Origin: Octopus sinensis
Lineage: Eukaryota
Reading direction: 5' to 3'
DNA length: 64,000 nt
Assembly (NCBI RefSeq): GCF_006345805.1
Contig: NC_043002.1
Location: forward strand, 48,608,001 to 48,672,000
Below the pieces are notes generated by a model. It saw only the letters and a list, made by a program, of their open reading frames with translations. It was not told where the DNA came from and made no database searches. The translations under genes and the position numbers were made by a program. Positions 53,809 through 64,000 of the stretch are shown piece by piece; position 1 is the first letter of the stretch, and every line of letters begins with the position of its first letter.

Positions 53809-54371
53809 TTGGGTTGTCCGGAAAGTTCGTGCCGATTTTTAAAGGAAAGAAAAAGGTCAATAAATACTTGCCATTACATTTTTAATCAACCAAATATGAA
53901 CCATTTCGTTGCACAATGCGTCTCCATCTTTCCTTTAACTTGAAAATACCCACTTCCCAGAATTGAGTGGGTTTCAGGGCAAAGAATTCATCAAGGTATC
54001 TTTTTACGTCATCCAAGGAATTGAAATTTTTACCATTAAGACTATTCTGCAGAGACTTGAATAAGTGGAAATCCGAAGGAGCAATATCTGGTGAATATGG
54101 AGGGTGGGGTAACATATCCCAGCTGAGCTGCAGCAATTTTTGTCTGGTTCCCAAAGCATCAAGTGCCTAAAATGAACTTTCTTATCTTCCGTTCTAAAGG
54201 GTTACAGAATTAACACAAGTTATAGGAACATAAACCTTCTTCCACGAAAAGATAGCTTGAGCTGTGCTCTAAATGGAGGTGTAGTCAAATCCTATTTTTA
54301 TGGACTCAGCCATATTCTAAAATAAGTCGAAAGGCAAGCTACTATAAATCGGTACTAACTTTCCAGACAAC

Positions 54372-54375
<4 letters not shown>
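53809..54375 (-). mobile_element. Internally deleted mariner, 567 bp
   Basis: TIRs ttgggttgtccggaaagtt / aactttccagacaacccaa with TA flanks. N-terminus EDKKVHFRHLMLWE is fused out of frame to GTRQKLLQLSWDMLPHPPYSPDIAPSDF. Confidence 0.92.
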
Positions 54376-54411
<36 letters not shown>

Positions 54412-54827
54412 TACACACACATACATATACACACACGCGCGCGCATGCCTTACAACAACTAATTATAATAAATGCAAAAAACCAATAGACACTGTTTTAG
54501 CTTTTTCTCATACCTGTACATTCGTTGACTCTCCGAGTTAATTAACTAAAGTACCAACGCAGCATGTTTATAGATGGCTTTATAAATAAATTTATGTTGT
54601 TATATTTAATAAACATACATCTGGACTACTTTTTAGATCGGTTGGTGAACCGGTAACGACGAGACAAACTAGTTTTCTTCGGCCTACCACAGGATCTGTT
54701 TATACAATGAGGCTAAAAGTAGTTTCATTAAATATACGCAAAGAAATTTATTTACTGACCTACCCACAAACACGCTGTCTCAGTAAAGTAGGTTCAGACA
54801 GACGGGTGGGTAGATAGATAGATAGAT

Positions 54828-54895
<68 letters not shown>

Positions 54896-55061
54896 CACTC
54901 TCACAAACATAACACGTAAGCCAAAGAGTCAGAAAGCTCGTTAAGACGTTAAATTTAATTGATTTTCGGTATTTGTTCCAGTAATCTGGGTTCAAATTTT
55001 GCTTTTTATCCTTTCAGATTCTGTAAATGAAAATACAATTCCGCTACTGTGATCCGTTTCC

Positions 55062-55131
<70 letters not shown>

Positions 55132-55391
55132 CCCCTCTTTCTCACTCACTTAACTGTCACTCTCAGAAATCAGCACTGTTTATACTAGGAGAAGGATATA
55201 AACAGCAAGGTTTAAAACGCGCTAGACACGTAGTCTGTCGCAACACCGTTCCTACAACTCCATTAAGCCCACCCTCGGATACGGACAACCTATGCGTACA
55301 AGCGATAGTGAGAGTAAAAGGGGTTTGACTTTTGAACCGAAATCTACGTGGCTTAAATATCACGCACCGAGCGCATCCAATCATACCTATA

Positions 55392-55548
55392 TAGTGGCTG
55401 TGTGGTAAGTAGCTTGCTTACCAACCACATGGTTCCGGGTTCAGTCCCACTGCGTGGCACCTTGGGCAAGCGTCTTCTACTATGGCCTCGGGCTGACCAA
55501 AGCCTTGTGAGTGGATTTAATTGACAGAAACTAAAAGAAGCCTGTCAC

Positions 55549-55579
<31 letters not shown>

Positions 55580-55888
55580 TGTATGTATGTATGTATGTAT
55601 GTATGTATGTATGTATGTATGTATGTATGTATGTATGTATGTATGTATGTATGTATGTATGTATGTATGTATGTATGTATGTGTTTGTGTGTCTGTGTTT
55701 CTCCCCACAACATCGCTTGACAACCGATGCTGGTGTGTTTACGTCTCCATAACGTTAGCGGTTCGGCAAAAGAGTCCGATAGAATAAGTACTAGGCTTAC
55801 AAAGAATAAGTCCTGGGGTCGATTTGCTCGACTAAAAGCGGTGCTTCAGCATGGCCGCAGTCAAATGACTGAAATGAATAAAAGAATA
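55392..55888 (+). mobile_element. SINE-A with internal (TATG)n
   Basis: Colinear with the 14971 copy. Confidence 0.9.
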
Positions 55889-56064
55889 TATATGTGTGTG
55901 TGTGTGTGTGGTAGGAGGTACACTCACACTCTACTGTTACACACACATACACACATACATACATACAATAATACATACATACATACATACATACATGCAT
56001 ACATACATACATGCATACATACATACATACATATATATATGTGTGTGTGTGTGTGTATATGTAA

Positions 56065-56099
<35 letters not shown>

Positions 56100-56102
56100 T
56101 AT

Positions 56103-56136
<34 letters not shown>

Positions 56137-56179
56137 AATATATACACATATATATATATATATCAGTAGCTGTGGGAAG

Positions 56180-56260
56180 TAAATTTCTTTCAGGAAAAAT
56201 ATTTCTGAGGAAATTGAACTATAAATCAAATTACAACTAACTCCGACAGTTCTCAGCTTT
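56180..56260. repeat. Dispersed repeat, second copy at about 62150-62250
   Basis: Both copies share 'gtaaattt.t.tcaggaaaa.att..tgaggaaattgaac.ataaatcaaa' and are followed by (TG)n. Confidence 0.75.
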
Positions 56261-56278
56261 ATTAAGTCTGTGTGTGTG

Positions 56279-56350
<72 letters not shown>

Positions 56351-57101
56351 GTGCGTGTGTGTGTGCGTGTGTGTGTGTGTATTTGTGTGTATGTGTGTGT
56401 GTCTGTGTCTGAAAGAAGGGGAGAGAGGATGTGTGTGTGTCAGAGAGATGGGGAAAGAAGGTGTGTGTGTGTGTGTGTGTATATCAGAGAGAGGGGGAGA
56501 GAGGGTGTGCGTGTGCGTGTTAATATGTGCGTTCGTGCGTGTGTGCACTCAAGTAAATTTCGGTAGCTTCATCGGAAAGCGAGGATAAATTAATGAACTT
56601 ATACGCTGTTGCAGAGTATTCTTTAATACATTTTGACTGAAAGGCTCATAACTATCTTTGTATCATTCACATGTTTCAGTTACTTGAACTGCCGGTTTTC
56701 TAAGTTAAGTGATCATAAACAAACTAACAACGGTTATCAAGTGATGGGGGGAAACATAGACACAAAGACACACATATGCATAAGTATATACATATATGTA
56801 GGTAGGTAGGTAGGTAGGTAGGTAAGTAGGTAGGTAGGTAGGTAGGTAGGTAGGTAGGTAGGTAGGTAGGTAGGTAGGTAGTAGGTAGGTAGGTAGGTAG
56901 GTAGGTAGGTAGGTAGGTAGGTAGGTAGGTAGGTAGGTAGGTAGAGAAACAGATAGAGTGGGAGAGAGATTTTCACTTTTTTGACGAAGAGCCATACTCG
57001 AAACGTCACACGCCCTCTTTATTCAAACTTATACTTTCTCTGAGCATCGATCTAATATTCGCTGTGTATGTCCTTTTGAAATTTGTGTGTGTGTGTGTGT
57101 G

Positions 57102-57295
57102 TAGATAAGAAAGTAAATCTTAAACACACGCAGTATAGCTGTGAAAACAGCAGAGAAATATTGAGTGCTCACTCTTATAAGAAAAGTATTTAATCTCAAA
57201 AGTTGCCAGTAGACATCTTATACGGGAATAATACCCAATCTTTCTCTACTGTTTTCACAGCTATACTTCGTTCGAAATTTACTTTCTTGTCTGTA
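57102..57295. mobile_element. MITE with about 55-bp TIRs
   Basis: aagaaagtaaat...agtatagctgtgaaaacag.agagaaa pairs with tttctct.ctgttttcacagctatact...atttactttctt. Confidence 0.75.
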
Positions 57296-57484
57296 AAACG
57301 CTTCCAAAGTTTTTTTTTTATAATAATAATAGTAATAATTAATGATATATATATGTATATATAATATATCACGTGATCACGTGACCGACCAGACTATCAG
57401 ATGTTGCTACACATTGCTGATCACAATGCACTTCGCATTGTTTTAGCCTTCAAATGATGCCACCCTGCTGGCTAAGCGAGCAGG

Positions 57485-57565
<81 letters not shown>

Positions 57566-57566
<1 letters not shown>

Positions 57567-58354
57567 GATGTGTGATCAATAAGTGTCAGGAATGTTGCCA
57601 TAGTAACGAAGCTAATGCACGCAGAGTGAAACCACATGGTACAAATTGACCTTGAACTCTGTTGTGCATGTGCACTAAGATTTAACGTTCTAGCTCACTT
57701 CCACTATTTACAGCAGTCAATGCAAGAAACGTGTGTAGCGTGTGATCGTCGCATTCTCAATAACGGAAAGTTTTCATGGCGATACCTGCGCAGAGGCCTA
57801 CGCAAAGTTGTCATGGCGATACCTGCTCAGAGGCCTACGCAAAGTTGTAGAAAGTGTATGGAGAGGAGTGTATAAGCCGCACACAAGTGCACGAGATGTT
57901 CAGACGTTTCCAAGATGGCCGAAAAATATCGACATTGACGAACGTTCTGGGAGACCCGTAACCAGCAGAACTGATAAAAAACACTGAAGATATGCGTGCA
58001 GCTGTAAGGAGAAACCGTTGAATCACCATCCGTGAGTCATCAGACGATGCGCGATTAATTACGGTTTAGTTCAGTCCGTTACCACTGAAAATTTAGGTAT
58101 GAGATGCTTGTCTGCTAAGTTTGTGCCAGAACTGCTTTCATTTGACCAAAAAGACACTCGGGTTTTAGTTGCACAAGATCTCTGAGAACGAAGAAAATTT
58201 TTGCAAAATTTGCGTCGGCCTCCGAGCAGGTATCGCCATGCGTTTGGCAAAATGTTATGCAGGTTCAAGGTCAATCTGTACCAAGCAGCTTTACATTGCA
58301 TGCTTTAGCTTCGTTATTATGGCAATAGTCCGGATACTTATTCATCAGACCACG
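57566..58354 (+). mobile_element. Rearranged mariner derivative with long TIRs
   Basis: TA-flanked TIRs. Encodes a frameshifted HTH region (GRPVTSRTD...GMRCLSAKFVPELL) but no catalytic domain. The right end mirrors the left 5' region. Confidence 0.8.
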
Positions 58355-58364
58355 TATATATATA

Positions 58365-59613
58365 CAGAGACTGGACAAAGTAATGGAAACACCTTAAAAT
58401 TTCAAACAAATTTATTTTAATATGAGGTAGGACCGCCTTTGACAGTAATTACAGCTTGAATTCTACAAGGTTTGGACTCGTACAAAATTTCAATTGTTTC
58501 CAAAGAAATTTTTGTCCATTCTTCCGCTAAAACAGTCACCATTTCTTGTAGTGGTGATAGTGGAGGATATCAACTCATTTGTTTTTCTAAAATGCACCAT
58601 AAATGTTCAATAATACTGAGATCTGGGGACTGTGGTGGCCAGATAAAATGTTCAACTTCACCAGAATGTCCCTCGTACCATTCAGTAACAACTTTATCTG
58701 TGTGAATTAGTGCATTATTATCCTGAAAGATTGCATTTCCCTCCGGAAGCAGTTCCGCAACCATAGGATGAATTTGATCAGATAAATAGTCTTGACTATT
58801 AATTCTGCCATGAAGGGAAACCATTGGACCGGTGGATTTCCAAGATATAGCTCCCCCAGATCATCACAGATCTTCCTCCATGTTTAACAGCTGGAAGAAG
58901 GCAATCTGAGTCAAATGCTTATTTTGGATGTCTCCTCATGTATACTCGGCCGGTGGTCGGAAATAAGGTAAAGGATGACTCGTCCGAGAAAATAACATTC
59001 TTCCACTGCTCTAGGGACCAATTCTGTAGGATTTTACTCCACTCTAAACGCTGCAACGTTTGTTTTTTAAAGTACTGGTTTTCTGATTGCAGCCTTCCCG
59101 TGAAATCCGGCTTTGTGCAGCTCCCGGGAACAGTTTTTGTGAAAACTGGGTTCTCGAGGTGGTCATTAAGCTCTGAAGCAATTTGGGGAGCTGTACTTTT
59201 GTGATCCTTTCTAACAATTCGCGTAAGAGTCCGACGGTTCCTATCTGAAAGTTTTGGTTTTCTTCTAAAGTTTTGTTTCGACGAGGATGTTTTCCTCTCT
59301 TTCTCAAAGGCTATCGAGAAAGTACTTCTTAACACACGAAACATTTCGGTTGTTTTCGTTACGCTAGCGCCTGCCATACGAGCACCAACAATTTGATCTC
59401 TTTGAAAGTCCGATAGATCTGTCATTTTAATGAATTTTAATTACCTTTTTCTGATGATATCTGACGTGAAACTACAATTCTAGCAAAACATATTAAGCAA
59501 CACTAATAATAAATCAAAAACTATAAAATAAACAAGCCCTTGACGGTTTTATAGATATTTCAAAATTATAATGCTATGATGCTAGGTGTTTCTATTATTT
59601 TGTCCATCCTCTG
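58365..59613 (-). mobile_element. Tc1-like transposon (DD34E), frameshifted
   Basis: TIR cagag..tggacaaa.taat.gaaacacct at both ends with TA flanks. Encodes MTDLSDFQRDQIVGARMAG, VIFSDESSF, FQDNNA and WPPQSPDLSIIEHLW. Confidence 0.93.
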
Positions 59614-59619
59614 TATATA

Positions 59620-60110
59620 TTTATTTATAAGAATTCACAAAAAAAAAACAAAAGACGAAGACAGGTGGTGTAGACAACAAACAGATGTATTAGTTTAACG
59701 CTCGGGAAGTGAAAAAGTCTTTAACGTTTAGAGCCTACGCTCTTCCACAAAAAGGAACAAAGAAAGCAACAGGGAAAGAAAATAAAGAATGTGTAGTGAC
59801 TAGCGATCTATCATGGCAAATGCCGGACAGAAGGGTCACACAGGAGAGTTAAGAAGAAGGGGAGATAATAAAGTAGTGGTGATCCCAAAACGAAGGTGCG
59901 CGTGCAAGTGTATATGAGAGCGTGTATATGCGTGTGGAAGAAGGCTGGTGATCTTGACGTGTGATCTTGACGCGAGTTTATTTTTTGCAACAGCAAAGGA
60001 GCGACTTTTTCTGAGAGATAAGCTAGCAAAAGCCCCTTTATTCTGTCTTCCCACATAGCCTGCGCATAAACTAACGGCGAATGTTGCTGGAAAGTGGTCA
60101 GTGCTAGTGT
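59620..60110 (-). mobile_element. Penelope-like element 3' end
   Basis: Weak GIY-YIG-like C-terminal remnant near 59960-60110. A decayed hammerhead lies downstream on the same strand (59717-59752). Confidence 0.5.
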
Positions 60111-60212
60111 GTACGTGGTGATGTGAGAGGAAGAGAGGAGAGGGGAGGAGGGTTAGATGCGTCTTTGTGTGTGTATGTATGTGTGTGTATATATATATAT
60201 ATATGTATAGTG

Positions 60213-60540
60213 AGGGCGCGTGGCTTAGTGGTTAGGGCATTCGGCTCATGATCGTAAGGTTGTGAGTTCGATTCCCGGCGACGCGTTGTGTCCTTGAGCA
60301 AGACACTTTATTTCACGTTGCTCCAGTCCATTCAGCTGGCAAAAATGAGTTGTACTTGTATTTCAAAGGGTCAGCCTTGTCACTCTCTGTGTCACGCTGA
60401 TTATCCCCGAGAACTACGTTAAGGGTACACGTGTCTGTGGAATGCTCAGCCATTTGCACGTTAATTTCACGAGCAAGCTGTTCCGTTGATCGTATCAGCT
60501 GGGACCCTCGTCGTCGTAACCGGCGGAGTCTTATTATTAT
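60213..60540 (+). mobile_element. SINE-C, full length, tRNA-derived
   Basis: A box 'tggcttagtgg', B box 'gagttcgattcc', central 'gtgtccttgagcaagacactt', (TTA)n tail. Confidence 0.88.
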
Positions 60541-60552
60541 ATATATATAATA

Positions 60553-60646
<94 letters not shown>

Positions 60647-60652
60647 ATATAT

Positions 60653-60690
<38 letters not shown>

Positions 60691-60822
60691 TGTATGTATG
60701 TATGTATGTATGTATGTATGTATGTATGTATGTATGTATGTATGTATGTATGTATGTATGTATGTATGTATGTATGTATGTAGTATGTATGTATGTATGT
60801 ATGTATTATGTATGTATGTATG

Positions 60823-60856
<34 letters not shown>

Positions 60857-60901
60857 AATGAAAGAATGGAGACGAACGAAGATGTTAACAAAATTCCTTT
60901 A

Positions 60902-60986
60902 CTCTCGACATATGTTTCGAAGACGGCATGTTTTCATTCCAAAGGAATAAAGGGTGCATTATGGCAATCTTCTCTCATCAGGAAGA
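60902..60986 (-). ncRNA. Type I hammerhead motif, paralog of 18939-19020
   Basis: TCTTC-CTGATGA-ga-GAAGA...TCTTC-GAA-ACATATGT-C-GAGAG, triplet GUC. Confidence 0.65.
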
Positions 60987-61098
60987 AAGGGAGCCTCTCT
61001 CGACAACAAGACAAACAAATTTCGATGATTGCCTACATGTTAAACAATTTTCCATGCTGACGATAAACATAGGATAATTCATTCACCTACATAAATAT

Positions 61099-61175
<77 letters not shown>

Positions 61176-61196
61176 ATATATATGTACGTATGCATG

Positions 61197-61229
<33 letters not shown>

Positions 61230-61257
61230 TGTATGTATGTATGTATTTATGTATGTA

Positions 61258-61292
<35 letters not shown>

Positions 61293-61779
61293 ATGTATTT
61301 GTATGTATGTATGTATGTATGTATGTATGTATGTATGTATGTGTGAGTAAATTTTAAGTTGGCGACTACTTTTCTGTTACTCAAAACAATAGATATGCGG
61401 TAAAAACTTGAAGTAATGGAAATGTTACCTACTTTATGTAGGATAATGCATATTTATTCTGGATTCCTGCATTACAATGTATTTAATTCATATTGACATT
61501 GTTATCATTCTCTAATTGATTTAATTCGTTTTAGGATTTACTGAGCACTCTCAACGAGAAGTACCTGAATATTTAGAGGAGGTGAGATGTGTGCTGCGAA
61601 GCGCGCGTTGTTGGGTGTCTATTGTTATCGATGTGTGTGTGAGAGTGAGATACGAAGAGAGGCAGGGAGACACAGAGAGAGACCGACAGAGATACAGAGA
61701 TTGTATGTGTGTGTATGTGGGAAAGAAAGAAAGAAAAAATAAAGGAAGAAAATAAAAGTGACAGACAGAGATATAGGCA

Positions 61780-62104
<325 letters not shown>

Positions 62105-62287
62105 GGTTGGAAAAAACGTGCAGACAGGTGGATTGATGCATGGATTTTATAGTAACTATAAGGAGTAAATTTATATCAGGAAAATATTTTTGAGGAAATT
62201 GAACAATAAATCAAAATATAACTGGCTTTGTCAGCTTTCGACTTTATTACGCTTAATGTGCGTGTACGTATGGCTACGTATTACCTT

Positions 62288-62385
<98 letters not shown>

Positions 62386-63332
62386 CCGTGCGTCTGCATA
62401 TATCTTACCGTGTTTTTGTGCGTATCTATATTGCGTGTCTGAGCCTGTTTAAACCTTCACATTACCTAGAAAAAAAATAGGTGATGGTGGGGAAAATTAT
62501 CATCTTAAAATACATGAGGGAGATATATTCTCTTTTTACTTGGCCTATGGAAATGTCTCAATTTGTTTTCATTATTTCGAAGTGATGAAATTTGCTCTGA
62601 AACATTGAAGAAAGTAATTACTTGATGCAAATAGATAATGCCTACTTGAATATTCTATTTATCATCAATCGATATTTTTCACATCAAAATACTATTTTCT
62701 TGTATATCAAGCAGAACTGTATTTAATGAATTGCTCCTATTAGACAAGAGAGAAACATGCAACCTAATTTACACCTTGTAGCAGAGCTAGCCTAGCTTAA
62801 AGATACAAAGCTAATTTAAAGGTAATAGGAAATTTCGAAAATCTGAAAGTAAACTAATACAAGGAAGAATAGAAAGTCTTGTTCATGGCGAAAAAGAGGT
62901 AAAAAAAATGTTTAACTCATTCAATACATACTTAGACTGGTCGGTGAAACAAAAACGCGAGTGTAAATATATCAATGTTGGTTGATTGTTATGCCGGTTG
63001 TTATGAATTATGTAACTGACAGAGGTTAATTAGTTTGGACGAAAGACAAAATTGGCGCTTTTAAAGAAATTGGTAAACATGAAACAATACACACACACCG
63101 GCACTCACATACACAAGCTTATAATATGTGTATGTGTGTATGTATGTACGTATGTATGTATGTATGTATGTATGTATGTATGTATGTATGTATGTATGTA
63201 TGTATGTATGTATGTATGTATGCATGTATCTATTCATGTGTATATATATATACATATATATACACACACATACACACATGCATATGCATTTGTATCTATA
63301 TATATGTATATGTATACGGATATAGATATATA

Positions 63333-64000
63333 TTGGGCCATCCCATAAATAATGCGGTTTTTTCAGTTGCATGAACTAAAAGTTGGAGGGGAACGGGATA
63401 AACTACTTGCATCGACTTGCTATAAAAGCAAGTAGTAATTTTACCTTGTCCTTATTCTTAGTGCAAGTTTTGAAGAGTGCAGTTCGATTTTAACAGATAT
63501 TTTTTCAAAGCTATAATGGAAGTTGCAAAGGTGTATATTCGGCGTATTTTGCCTTATGAGTTCAATAAAGGTCATAACGCGACGGAAAGTGCGAGGAATA
63601 CTAACGCAGTTTATAGGTATCGGACAATAAGCGTAAGCCAGTGTCGACGGTGGTTCCAGAAATTCCGAGCCGGAAACTACAGCCTACAAGACAAGCCTCG
63701 TGCTCGAAGATTTGTAAAGCTCGAGGAGGATGTCCTTCAAACCCTGGTGGAACAAAATACCATCGTAATTGTTGAGGAACTAGCAGAGGAGCTTGGATTT
63801 GGTTATTCAATTATTCATCGACACCTGCGCTAGAAGAAAAACGAACATCTTTGGTTTCAAGACAAAAAGTGTTCTTCCATCAGGATAATGTTCGTCGACG
63901 TACAGGAAGGATGGCCTTCCAAAAAATGGGAAACGATGCCCCACCCACCATATTCGCCGGACATTGCCCCATCTGATTATCAATTATTTTGTAGTCTTCA
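63333..64000 (+). mobile_element. Internally deleted mariner running off the window end
   Basis: TA then TIR ttgggccatcccataaataatgcggt. ATG at 63516 (MEVAKVYIRR...WFQKFRAG...HRHLR*), then jumps to HQDN and WETMPHPPYSPDIAPSDY. The DDEKW region is missing. Confidence 0.88.

Noticed and set aside
60213-60285. Functional tRNA gene
   Set aside because: The head continues into a SINE body and tail, and the acceptor stem does not pair.

Overview
AT-rich eukaryotic DNA that is mostly repeats and microsatellites. The tRNA-derived SINE families, Penelope-like termini and mariner copies look like a cephalopod, most likely Octopus (inferred from repeat recognition, not a database search). I recognise no host protein-coding gene. 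Nearly all ORFs in the track are microsatellite read-through, SINE sequence or transposon remnants. Supported content: four tRNA-derived SINE families; L1/Tx1-like, CR1/L2-group and RTE LINE fragments; Penelope-like GIY-YIG ends; a Ty3/Gypsy integrase remnant; a solo LTR with a 4-bp TSD and its paralogous empty site; six mariner copies or fragments and one Tc1 element; two non-autonomous Helitrons; several MITEs and foldback palindromes. The most interesting signal is a set of seven type I hammerhead-ribozyme-like motifs in Penelope-like termini. One has a complete core and an unusually long, branched helix II (18939-19020), and a paralog at 60902-60986 shows a compensatory change in the palindromic helix III. 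Hammerheads in Penelope-like elements are a known class, so any novelty lies in this variant and its activity, which is untested. Repeat boundaries were read by eye and are approximate unless a TIR or TSD is quoted.
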